Origin: an uncultured Clostridia bacterium
GTDB lineage: Bacteria > Bacillota > Clostridia > TANB77 > CAG-508
DNA length: 64,000 nucleotides
Assembly (NCBI GenBank): GCA_944391965.1
Contig: CALXVH010000004.1
Location: 9,332 to 73,331, forward strand
Direction of reading: 5' to 3'
Of the stretch, positions 9,382 to 18,243 are shown piece after piece. Each line of letters opens with the position of its first letter. Position 1 is the stretch's first letter. A model generated the notes under the pieces. The model was given only the letters and a program-made list of their open reading frames with translations, searched no databases and was not told the DNA's origin. The position numbers and the translations under genes were made by a program.

Positions 9382-9978
9382 CTACTCTTTTATTTTTATA
9401 TTTAATAAATATGCCAAATCCATAATTTGAAATTCATTTATTATTGCACCTTTTATATCTACAAGTGTTGTTGATAAGCCTTGAATTATACATGTCGACA
9501 AATCTATATCTTTTAAACGGGTATTAAATATTTGTGCTTTTGTAAAATCTATATTATCAAATTTTACATTTTTTAAAATTGAATCTTGCATATATGAATT
9601 TATTAATGTTGTATCTTTTAATTTTAAATTATTAAAAGTTGTATTTGACATATTTGCATAATTTAAATTTGTGTCTTGCATTTGTACTGACATAAATGTA
9701 TTTTCTATAAAATTGCAACCTGTCATCTTACAATTTTTAAATTTACAATTAATGAAACTACAAGTTTCAAAAGTAGTATTTGAAAAATTACAATTATCGA
9801 ATAATATGTCTTTAAAATACACTTTTTCTAATGAACTATCTATTATTTCTGTATTTATAAATTTAGAGTTATCTATATCTTTTTTATATACATTTAAATT
9901 TTTTTGTGAAATATTTTGTACTGTTTCGTTCTTTAGTTCTTCTTCATTCTCTAATTTATCAAAAAAGTTTTCTTCCAT
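9382..9978 (-). CDS. pentapeptide-repeat protein (Qnr/MfpA-like size)
   Basis: 198 aa dominated by A(D/N)LxF-type pentapeptide repeats (NCNFS NTTFE TCSFI NCKFK NCKMT GCNFI ...). Confidence 0.8.
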   Translation of the reverse strand: MEENFFDKLENEEELKNETVQNISQKNLNVYKKDIDNSKFINTEIIDSSLEKVYFKDILFDNCNFSNTTFETCSFINCKFKNCKMTGCNFIENTFMSVQMQDTNLNYANMSNTTFNNLKLKDTTLINSYMQDSILKNVKFDNIDFTKAQIFNTRLKDIDLSTCIIQGLSTTLVDIKGAIINEFQIMDLAYLLNIKIKE

Positions 9979-10026
9979 TTTGTTCCTGCCTAATTACATA
10001 TTTAATACTTTCTATATAATAACACT

Positions 10027-10055
10027 AAAGGAAGTAATTATCAATTACTTCCTTT
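10027..10055 (-). terminator. terminator hairpin after 77-aa hypothetical gene
   Basis: Perfect palindrome AAAGGAAGTAATT-atca-ATTACTTCCTTT followed on minus strand by T-rich run. Confidence 0.5.
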
Positions 10056-10068
10056 AGGAATTTCTATT

Positions 10069-10302
10069 CTAGCTGTTATTTCTTCTACCTTTTCTAAATT
10101 CACTTAAATGTCTCTCAAAACTAACTGATGATGTTGCAGTTAAATAAGAGCCATTTTCTGAAACTATAATACTATTTCCTCCACGAGTGGTTTGCCAAAA
10201 ATAAGTCGCATTATCTTCATCTAAAATTTTATAATTGTTTTTTAATTCTTCAATTGGAATATTAAGAACTTTACTTGCAATTTCTAAACTTTTTTGATTC
10301 AT
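10069..10302 (-). CDS. hypothetical protein (77 aa)
   Basis: ORF with downstream terminator; no recognisable motif. Confidence 0.45.
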   Translation of the reverse strand: MNQKSLEIASKVLNIPIEELKNNYKILDEDNATYFWQTTRGGNSIIVSENGSYLTATSSVSFERHLSEFRKGRRNNS

Positions 10303-10351
10303 TTTACTTCACAATCCCTTCAAAATATTTTATATAAACAATTTTATTATA

Positions 10352-11575
10352 TTAATATAATAGTTGCAAGTTTTTATTCTTAGTTATTCCTAAAATTTTT
10401 AATCCATTTCGTATGTATTTATTTTTCATCATATATTTCCATACAAAACCTGTTAAATAATTTTCTATCATTAAAACTTCTATTCCTTTGTCTATGCCTA
10501 AGTATTCTTTTGCCACCCATCTCTTAGTCCTTGCCAAATTATAGCTATCTTTTAATCCATATTTTCCCCATAAATATGGGCACTCATTGTAAAAAAATTC
10601 TAAAGCTTTAATACTTTCTTTTGGAGTAAAAACTATCGAACCTATTGCACCACAAGGAGCTACGGTTCCATCATTTTCTATATCTAAATTAGAAAAACTA
10701 GGTAATGCGCCATACCCGCCAGAATATCCACTTGGACCAACACATGCAGTTAATCCCCAGGAGTTTTCATTAAATGTTTTAAATTTATCCATATTATTAA
10801 TACAGTATTCTCTATTTGCTAATGTTGCTTTTCTCGAATTTTCGAACCAATCTACTCCTTCTATATCTTTTTTTCCATTAAAATCTATCCAGGCATGCGA
10901 ATATTGATATGTAAATAGACTTCCGCCATATGAAAATATTATATCTTTTATGTCTTTATAATCTTTTTTAGTTCGTTTAAATTCATAATACATATCTTTA
11001 TTAATCGAATATTTTTCTGAAGCAACTCCTAAAATATATAGCATTAACTGTTCTGCATACATATCCCAATTACCCCAAAAACCAATCTCTGGTTTATATC
11101 CCATAAAAAAATAATTAGTTTTAGGGTTTACATACCATTTCCAATTTATTCTATTATATAATTTATCTGCTTTTGTTTTTATAATTCCATTAAAATATTC
11201 TCCAACAAATAAAGCCCCACAAATAAAAATTGCAGTATCAATTATTGATATTTCAGAATTCCATTCTCTTTTTCCATTTTTCATATTTACGAAATGATAA
11301 AAAAAGCCATTTTCCCCTTCAACATTATTTAAAAATGTATCTAAAGTTCTATTGGCTCTTTCATATCCTTCTTCATATTTTATTACTTTTCTTTCTACAG
11401 AAATTGCTAATGCTGCTAATCCATATCCTACTGCTGCAATGCTTGCTATATTTTTTGAATATACAGTTTTATCTCTTATTAAACCATTTTCATTTGATTC
11501 ATGAATAAAATATTTCAAACTATGTTGTAACTCTTTTAATAATAAATCTTTCCCATATAATTTAACTATTCTCAT
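10352..11575 (-). CDS. hypothetical protein, possibly (alpha/alpha)6-barrel glycoside-hydrolase-like
   Basis: 407 aa; aromatic/Gly-rich composition (WGLTACVGPSGYSGGYGALPSF...) reminiscent of glucoamylase-like barrels; functional call weak. Confidence 0.5.
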   Translation of the reverse strand: MRIVKLYGKDLLLKELQHSLKYFIHESNENGLIRDKTVYSKNIASIAAVGYGLAALAISVERKVIKYEEGYERANRTLDTFLNNVEGENGFFYHFVNMKNGKREWNSEISIIDTAIFICGALFVGEYFNGIIKTKADKLYNRINWKWYVNPKTNYFFMGYKPEIGFWGNWDMYAEQLMLYILGVASEKYSINKDMYYEFKRTKKDYKDIKDIIFSYGGSLFTYQYSHAWIDFNGKKDIEGVDWFENSRKATLANREYCINNMDKFKTFNENSWGLTACVGPSGYSGGYGALPSFSNLDIENDGTVAPCGAIGSIVFTPKESIKALEFFYNECPYLWGKYGLKDSYNLARTKRWVAKEYLGIDKGIEVLMIENYLTGFVWKYMMKNKYIRNGLKILGITKNKNLQLLY

Positions 11576-11637
11576 ACTATCACCCTTTAAATTATATTAA
11601 CATATAATTTATTTTATTTGTATGGAAATAGCTGGTA

Positions 11638-12783
11638 CTAAGGCTTTTCGCATAAACATTCAATTAAACTATTAGGATATTTTACCTTTTCAGTTCTTTT
11701 ATAATCTTTGTAACTTTGTTCTTTATATTCTTTTATATATTTTATATAAAAACCTTCTGCAACTAAAAATGAACTTAATGAATCTACTGTATGCAGTCTT
11801 CTATATAAGTATTCTACATTATCAGTTCCAAGAGTATCATATTTCGGATATTTAGTAATCCCTGTATTTTCATCATATGAAGCACCTTCTAATTTTGCTT
11901 CCCATTCATCTCTGCTTCTTACTACTATATACAATCTTCCATGCCTTTTCATAACTCTTTTTATTTCTTTTAAAGCATTTGTTAAGTTTTCATTATCTAA
12001 ATAATGTAAAACTAATCTTGCATATACGAAATCGAAGAACTCATCATTATATGGCATTTTCTCTGAAATATCTTCTAATTTGGTTTCTATTCTGTCTGAT
12101 AATCCGTATTGTTCAATTATGTTTTTAGTATAATTTAGCCCTTCTTTATCAATTGTTGTAGCTATAATATGGCTATTACGGTTCTTTTCTGCCATTTTTA
12201 TCTCTGCTGAACCTGCTGTACTAATACCTATAGATAAAATATTTAAATCCTTTTCTGTTATTAAATTAATTCCATGTTCTTCACTTGTACTTGGCTTAAA
12301 TATTTCCTTTTCTTTGTAATCAATATCTAGTATATTTTCTTGTTCATTAACCTTTATATACATATTAAATGTATAATTTTCGTTTATTAACCCATTTATA
12401 TATTCTTTCTTTAAAAGTTGTATTGAAGCTAAGATTTTTTCTTTCTGTAATAGCTCATTTATATCTATCCATTCTGATGTATTTTCTTCAAATTGTAGTG
12501 GTTTGCCTTGATAATCGTCAGCTAAAAAAACAACAAACTCAAATTTTCTGTCTGGATACTCTATTGTTAAATTTCCTTTATTTTTCAAGTTTTTAACTAT
12601 TATTCCTGTTTCTTCTTGTATTTCTCTTATTGCAGTTTGTTCTGGCAGTTCTCCTTCTTCTATTTTTCCACCAGGAATTTCATAATATCCTGCTTTTTTA
12701 TTAGGCTCATTATATTTTGTAACAACTATTCTATCATCTTTTATTAAATAACATCTTACTGCTTTTCGCACTGGCTTATCCAT
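11638..12783 (-). CDS. NUDIX hydrolase fused to class I SAM-dependent methyltransferase
   Basis: Nudix box GGKIEEGELPEQTAIREIQEETGI at N-terminus; C-terminal Rossmann MTase-like region; true start likely internal ATG with SD AAAGGAG (ORF track start 12837). Confidence 0.7.
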   Translation of the reverse strand: MDKPVRKAVRCYLIKDDRIVVTKYNEPNKKAGYYEIPGGKIEEGELPEQTAIREIQEETGIIVKNLKNKGNLTIEYPDRKFEFVVFLADDYQGKPLQFEENTSEWIDINELLQKEKILASIQLLKKEYINGLINENYTFNMYIKVNEQENILDIDYKEKEIFKPSTSEEHGINLITEKDLNILSIGISTAGSAEIKMAEKNRNSHIIATTIDKEGLNYTKNIIEQYGLSDRIETKLEDISEKMPYNDEFFDFVYARLVLHYLDNENLTNALKEIKRVMKRHGRLYIVVRSRDEWEAKLEGASYDENTGITKYPKYDTLGTDNVEYLYRRLHTVDSLSSFLVAEGFYIKYIKEYKEQSYKDYKRTEKVKYPNSLIECLCEKP

Positions 12784-12865
12784 AACTCTTCTCCTTTTTT
12801 TAGTTATAACATACCATGTATAAAAAAAGCAACTCATAATGAAATGAATTGCTTTTTTTCATATT

Positions 12866-12897
12866 AGAATTTGGGTACTTTTAAAATCCCGATTCCA
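12866..12897. repeat. degenerate copy of the palindromic repeat (gaATTTGGGtACtttTAAAATCCCgATTCC)
   Basis: Weak similarity to F-type unit; overlaps 3' end of transglycosylase gene. Confidence 0.3.
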
Positions 12898-13588
12898 ATA
12901 TTTCTGTTTCCTCTTCTTCGGTTAGATATCCATATTCTACCATTTTATCTGCAACTTGTTTTTGCCTTTCTTTAGCAAGTTTCGGATTTTCTTTTGGATT
13001 ATATACAGATGGAGCATTAGGTATGCCTGCAAGCATTATACATTCTCCTGCAGTCATCTCATTTGGAGATTTACCAAAATATCCTTTACATGCATCTTTT
13101 ATATTATAATATCCATTTCCAAAATAAATCGTATTTATGTATAGCTCTAGAATTTCATTTTTCGAATAATTTTTTTCTATTTCAAAAGCCATAAAAACTT
13201 CTGCTATTTTTCGTGTAATTTTCTTTTCCTGGGTAAAATATTCGTTTTTAGCAATTTGTTGGGTTATTGTACTTCCTCCTTCTACAAAATCCATTGCTTT
13301 AATATCATTTATAAGTGCTCGTCCTATTGCAATTATATCTATTCCACTATGCTTATAAAACCTGTGATCCTCTACTGAAATAACTGCATTTAAATACATT
13401 TGTGGCAACTCTGAAATTTTTGTATAGTTTTCTTTTGACTTTATTTCTTCTACTTTTTCCTCTAAAGGAGTTTCTTGTATTGCTTCTTTATACATATCAT
13501 ATCCTTTTCCTATTAGAAGTAGTCCTATGCTTATTCCAATTAGTATCAATAAAAGTATTACTTTCAAAAATGTTTTCATTATTGCCAC
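12881..13588 (-). CDS. monofunctional peptidoglycan glycosyltransferase (GT51 transglycosylase)
   Basis: 235 aa; N-terminal TM, EDHRFYKHSGID, GGSTITQQIAKN, RKI.E motifs of GT51 domain. Confidence 0.8.
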   Translation of the reverse strand: MAIMKTFLKVILLLILIGISIGLLLIGKGYDMYKEAIQETPLEEKVEEIKSKENYTKISELPQMYLNAVISVEDHRFYKHSGIDIIAIGRALINDIKAMDFVEGGSTITQQIAKNEYFTQEKKITRKIAEVFMAFEIEKNYSKNEILELYINTIYFGNGYYNIKDACKGYFGKSPNEMTAGECIMLAGIPNAPSVYNPKENPKLAKERQKQVADKMVEYGYLTEEEETEILESGF

Positions 13589-13647
13589 CTTCTTTCTTAT
13601 TGTGATTTTTTAGTCACTCCCATAAAAAAATCATTTTATTATTTTAC

Positions 13648-13700
13648 AGGGATTTAAGGACCGTCCCCAAATCCCTAGTCCCTCATCCCCATACTCTATT
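13648..13700. repeat. palindromic repeat unit, R orientation (GGGATTTAAGGACCGTCCCCAAATCCCTAG)
   Basis: Directly visible; intergenic between BceB-like permease and transglycosylase. Confidence 0.8.
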
Positions 13701-15765
13701 CCGCCTCTTTTATAATGTTTTTGCTTCCTAAATATGTTGCCATAAAATATGCTCCATATATTACACCTATAATGACTGCTGTGGCTATTGCTGATGGTAA
13801 TAATTCTTTAGCATCTGCTAGTACACTCATCATAGTCATAACAAATTGTATTCCAAATATAGAATGGATAATTGCTAAGATTAATGGCATTAAGAAAAAT
13901 ATTCCAATTTGCTTAAATAATGCTCCATTTATCATTTTCTCGTCTGCTCCAATTTTTCTTAAGATAGCATATCTTTGTTTATTATCTGAACTTTCTGTTA
14001 ATTGTTTTAATGCTAGAATTGCTGAACTTGCAATTAAAAATATTATTCCTAAATAGATTGCTATGAATAATACTATTGTTGATACTCCTAAGCTAGATTC
14101 TATAATTGCTATTTTTGTCATACCATCTATGGTAATATCTTTTTCGTTTAAGTTTTTGCTAAACTCCGTCTCTGTCTCTCCAGTACATATTTTTTCTATT
14201 TCTTCTTTTTCTTCTTCTGTAGTTGCATTATAGTTAGCAGCTAAAAACGTCTCTTCTTTCATATCTTCTGTCAAATTACAACTATCTGGAACCAATACTA
14301 TTCCATTATTTATATGACTTCCTGCCATATAAATATATCCGTTTTGACACTCATCATATTTTGATTTATATTCCTTACCTGCTATAGTTATTGTACTATC
14401 CGCTTTTAAAGCTTTATTTCTAAGATTTTTCATATTATCAAAATCACATAATATTATATATTCATCATCTTTTAATTGATATTCTATATTTCCATATAAT
14501 CTAGCAATTTTATTATAGTCAGATACTTTTACTATTTCCTCTGCAGTTTCATATAAAAGATTTGGAAACTGCTGTTTTACTTCATCATATACTGGACTTA
14601 ATGTGTCCCTCCATGTTAACTCATTTGTTGCATAAATTGGAATTTCTACTACATCTTTAAGTTTAGTCATATCAAACCCATTGTCTTCTAAAGATTGAAC
14701 CATTGTTTTTCTAGAATCTTCTATCTGTGCTTTTGACATTTTTTCGTTTTCTGGTAAATTAGCTGTTTTATATAGATTTAAATCTACTGGTGTTGTATCT
14801 TCTAAATCTTTTCTCATCGTATTATTTAATGATAATGCTGATGATAGTATTGTTATTGTCATAAATAACATTAAACAAATTATTGACATACTCACTACTG
14901 TTGTATTTATTTTATTGTGTAATTGTCTTAAAACAAACATATTTACATCTTTTAGATAAATATTTTTTCTTAATTGTACTAGTTTTAATATAAATCCAGA
15001 AACCGACCAAAAAACTAAGATAGTACCTACAATTCCCATCAGTATAATTGGTAATATTGTATCTGCTGTAGATAACTCATTCACTCCACCTGTTACTTTG
15101 TAATATGCATATCCAAGTATAACAACTCCAATTATAAATACTAATATACATACCCATAAATTTTTAATTTTTATTTGTTCATTCTTTTTAGACGCATTCA
15201 ATAAATTTATTAATTTATATCTTGAAATAGTAAATGTATTAAATATCATTACTGCAATATACATTACTGCAAAATATATACATGTCTTTATACAAGCGTC
15301 TTTTGAAAACACAAATTCAAATTTACTCATATCTGCTGCGAATAATTTTCCTACTAAGACAGACATAAATTGTGATGCAAAAACACCAATTACTAAGCCT
15401 ACAATCAACGAAATTATTCCAACAAAAATAGTTTCTATTAATAAAATTCTAGAAATTTGTCCTTTGCTCATTCCAAGCATCATATATGTTCCAAATTCCT
15501 TTTTTCTCCTATTTATTAAGAAATTATTTGCATATACAATTAAAAGCCCTAATATTACAGCAACAAAAACGGAAACAAATCCAAGCATTGTTATCATTAA
15601 TTTTATTAACTCTCTTGTTGAACTAGATACTTGCATCATAGCTTCTTGGCTATCAAGTGAGTTAAACATATAAAATATCGCTACACCAAGTACTAATGTT
15701 AAAAAGTAAATCGCAAAATCTTTAATTGTTTTCCTCATATTTTTTATAGATAATTTAAATAACAT
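13696..15765 (-). CDS. BceB-type ABC transporter permease (FtsX-like, 10 TM with large extracellular domain)
   Basis: 689 aa; N-terminal MLFKLSIKNMRKTIKDFAIYFLTLVLGVAIFY typical of BceB family; overlaps upstream ATPase gene. Confidence 0.8.
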   Translation of the reverse strand: MLFKLSIKNMRKTIKDFAIYFLTLVLGVAIFYMFNSLDSQEAMMQVSSSTRELIKLMITMLGFVSVFVAVILGLLIVYANNFLINRRKKEFGTYMMLGMSKGQISRILLIETIFVGIISLIVGLVIGVFASQFMSVLVGKLFAADMSKFEFVFSKDACIKTCIYFAVMYIAVMIFNTFTISRYKLINLLNASKKNEQIKIKNLWVCILVFIIGVVILGYAYYKVTGGVNELSTADTILPIILMGIVGTILVFWSVSGFILKLVQLRKNIYLKDVNMFVLRQLHNKINTTVVSMSIICLMLFMTITILSSALSLNNTMRKDLEDTTPVDLNLYKTANLPENEKMSKAQIEDSRKTMVQSLEDNGFDMTKLKDVVEIPIYATNELTWRDTLSPVYDEVKQQFPNLLYETAEEIVKVSDYNKIARLYGNIEYQLKDDEYIILCDFDNMKNLRNKALKADSTITIAGKEYKSKYDECQNGYIYMAGSHINNGIVLVPDSCNLTEDMKEETFLAANYNATTEEEKEEIEKICTGETETEFSKNLNEKDITIDGMTKIAIIESSLGVSTIVLFIAIYLGIIFLIASSAILALKQLTESSDNKQRYAILRKIGADEKMINGALFKQIGIFFLMPLILAIIHSIFGIQFVMTMMSVLADAKELLPSAIATAVIIGVIYGAYFMATYLGSKNIIKEAE

Positions 15766-16522
15766 CTCCTAGTTCACCTCCTAATAGAGTTTGAACTTCT
15801 ATTATCTTTTCGAAGAATTCTTTTCTTGTACTTTCTCCTTTAATAAGTTCATTAAAAATCTTTCCGTCTTTAATAAATAAGATCCTACTTGCATAGCTTG
15901 CTGTGAATGAATCATGTGTAACCATCAAAATTGTTGCACTTAGCTTTTGATTTAAATTTTCGAAACTTTCTAATAGTTGTCTTGCAGATTTACTGTCTAA
16001 TGCTCCTGTTGGCTCATCTGCAAGCACTAATTTCGGATTTGTTATTATAGCTCTAGCTGAGGCAACTCTTTGTTTTTGCCCACCAGATATTTGATATGGA
16101 TATTTATTTAATATATCAGTAATTTCTAATTTCTTAGCTATTTCCTGTACTCTTTCTTCAATCTCTTTTGGTTTTACTTTTTGAATTGTAAGTGCTAATG
16201 CGATATTTTCATATGCTGTTAATGTATCTAATAAATTGAAGTCTTGAAAAATAAAACCTAATTCTTCTCTTCTAAATTTATTTAGGTTATTCCCTTTTAG
16301 TCTTGTTATATCTTGATTGTTAATTATTATTTTTCCTGCTGTAACTCTATCTATTGTAGATATACAATTTAGTAATGTTGTTTTTCCAGAGCCTGATGCT
16401 CCCATTATTCCTACAAATTCGCCTTTCTCAATAGTAAAACTTATATTATCTATTGCTTTGGTTAAATTTGATTTATTCCCATAATATTTCTCGATATTTT
16501 TAACTTCTAATACTTTTTCCAT
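15755..16522 (-). CDS. BceA-type ABC transporter ATP-binding protein
   Basis: 255 aa; Walker A GASGSGKTT, signature ISGGQKQRVA, Walker B LVLADEPTGALD; SD GAGAGGAG. Confidence 0.85.
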   Translation of the reverse strand: MEKVLEVKNIEKYYGNKSNLTKAIDNISFTIEKGEFVGIMGASGSGKTTLLNCISTIDRVTAGKIIINNQDITRLKGNNLNKFRREELGFIFQDFNLLDTLTAYENIALALTIQKVKPKEIEERVQEIAKKLEITDILNKYPYQISGGQKQRVASARAIITNPKLVLADEPTGALDSKSARQLLESFENLNQKLSATILMVTHDSFTASYASRILFIKDGKIFNELIKGESTRKEFFEKIIEVQTLLGGELGDVI

Positions 16523-16600
16523 TTTTAATCTCCTCTCTATTAACTTTAATTTTATTATACTGATTTTTATATTTTATACAATTTATTTGGCTTACAATAA

Positions 16601-16618
16601 TCTTACATTTTTGTAAGA
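16601..16618. promoter_or_regulatory. candidate BceR-type response-regulator binding site (TCTTACA-N4-TGTAAGA inverted repeat) in divergent promoter region
   Basis: Perfect 7-bp IR matching TNACA-N-TGTAA pattern of BceR-like boxes; extra CTTACA direct repeat 11 bp upstream; candidate -35/-10 on both strands nearby. Confidence 0.4.
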
Positions 16619-16691
16619 TTGATAGAAATTAAATATCATGTTATAATTTTTTTGTATCAAACCACAATTGTTTATAAATGGAGGTATTAGC

Positions 16692-17153
16692 ATGACAAAA
16701 CAGGAAATTTTACGGAAAGAATTAGAAGTATTTTTTGATGACTGGGGCTTCTCTGTTTCCATATTAGAGGAATCTACAGATGAGTATCCTCTTTTTCAGA
16801 TTGGTCCTTTAGAAACTGCTAGTTTCTTGAATGATGATGGAAAATTTTTCTTAGCTTTAGTTAATAAAGTCGAGGATAAATTCCATCCATATCGTGAAGA
16901 AATCATTTTTTATTATAACGAAACTAATGAAACTGGCAAAAAATTAATTCCGCTCGAAATTAGGATTCATAAGTATCCGGAAACACAGCATGTGTATGTA
17001 CATGATATTCCGGAGAAAAATCGTAAAAAAGGACAGATTATTTTTTATAAGTCTTGTCCAAAAGGTGGCTGTACTTTCGAATGTGAAGATCTCCAGTTCA
17101 ATTCCGAGATTCCTGAGTTACAGGCTTGGATGGAACAGCAGATAGTCGGTTAA
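16692..17153 (+). CDS. hypothetical protein (GC-atypical)
   Basis: 153 aa from ATG with SD GGAGG (ORF track start 16668 includes the SD); local GC clearly above background; followed by strong terminator. Confidence 0.55.
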   Translation: MTKQEILRKELEVFFDDWGFSVSILEESTDEYPLFQIGPLETASFLNDDGKFFLALVNKVEDKFHPYREEIIFYYNETNETGKKLIPLEIRIHKYPETQHVYVHDIPEKNRKKGQIIFYKSCPKGGCTFECEDLQFNSEIPELQAWMEQQIVG

Positions 17154-17165
17154 CACTTTAACTAA

Positions 17166-17216
17166 TACAAGCCGGTACATTTAATCTTGCATAGATTTTT
17201 GTACCGGCTTGTAGCT
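17166..17216. terminator. bidirectional rho-independent terminator
   Basis: CAAGCCGGTAC-n-GTACCGGCTTG stem followed by TTTTTTGG. Confidence 0.7.
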
Positions 17217-17232
17217 TTTTTGGAATATACAT

Positions 17233-17610
17233 TCATTGTGATAAATTTTTTAATGCATAATACAGTAGTAGTGCTGCATCTAGGTCAGCTAATTTAGGAT
17301 TCCAATCGAATAAGAATGTTCCTTTTCCACAATCATAAATATAAAAAACATATTCAGTATTGCATATTTGAAACAAATCCCTTTCAATGTCTAAAATTTT
17401 TTGTCCTTTTAAGTGTTCTTCTACTATACTTGAAAACATGCTAAAAATAAAATTTATAGCTTCTTCTTCTCTAATACCATCATAAAAATAATATTTGAAG
17501 AATGCATCTTCTATCTTTTCACTAAATTCCATATATATTCCTATACTTCCAATGTATGTGGAATGTTTTAATTCAATCCGTTCCTTTTCTTTTTGAAAGT
17601 CTATACTCAT
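17233..17610 (-). CDS. hypothetical protein (GC-atypical)
   Basis: 125 aa ORF in higher-GC segment; no known motif. Confidence 0.5.
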   Translation of the reverse strand: MSIDFQKEKERIELKHSTYIGSIGIYMEFSEKIEDAFFKYYFYDGIREEEAINFIFSMFSSIVEEHLKGQKILDIERDLFQICNTEYVFYIYDCGKGTFLFDWNPKLADLDAALLLYYALKNLSQ

Positions 17611-17711
17611 ATATTAGCTCCTTTCATAATCTACCTTGAACTTCTTGTTACATGTATTATTATATAAGGCATAACTAGTTTTTGCAATATTTATTTGAAT
17701 CATCTCAATTA

Positions 17712-17764
17712 CGCGTTTTTACAATAAGCAAGGGCTATATGCCACAAAAAGTTGCATATAGCCC
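17712..17764 (-). terminator. terminator hairpin after 17777..18163 gene
   Basis: GGGCTATATGC-n-GCATATAGCCC stem followed on minus strand by T-rich run. Confidence 0.55.
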
Positions 17765-17776
17765 TGCTTTTACACT

Positions 17777-18163
17777 TTAATCTGAAAATCGCGTATACGC
17801 ATTATAAAAATTACGTATCACCTTCTCAGTCTCTAACTGGCACGCTTTCGGCACAGAAGGTTCTGCATTTTTCAAAGCAAAATTTAATTTATCCCACCAT
17901 TGCAAGAATTCAAAGTGAACAGTCTCTGCTGGAACTTCTTCGAACTCCAAATAGAGCTTAAGTTCGTCATCTTCAGTTAGCATAAACTCTGCCTGTAGCA
18001 ATCCAAGCAATGTTGGTGTTGCCTGCTTAAGAGCCATTTCGTAGCTTATCCGTTTTAAATAACGGTTAAGCTCTACTATTGCGTTTGCAAGCAAACCTCT
18101 ATCCTCCCGATATTTATTCGACAAAATTTCTATTTGCCATGGTGTTAAGCGTTCCTTTTTCAT
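17777..18163 (-). CDS. hypothetical protein (GC-atypical)
   Basis: 128 aa from internal ATG preceded by SD GGAGGAA (ORF track start 18178); higher GC than flanks. Confidence 0.5.
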   Translation of the reverse strand: MKKERLTPWQIEILSNKYREDRGLLANAIVELNRYLKRISYEMALKQATPTLLGLLQAEFMLTEDDELKLYLEFEEVPAETVHFEFLQWWDKLNFALKNAEPSVPKACQLETEKVIRNFYNAYTRFSD

Positions 18164-18243
18164 TTTACATTCCTCCATTCTTTGGAATCATCAACTGTTT
18201 TTGACAGTACAATTATATATTTTATCGTAAATTATGTCAATTT

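Noticed and set aside
9671-10057. 128-aa plus-strand ORF overlapping the pentapeptide-repeat gene
   Set aside because: Antisense to a confidently identified repeat-protein gene; the translation is itself repeat-derived.
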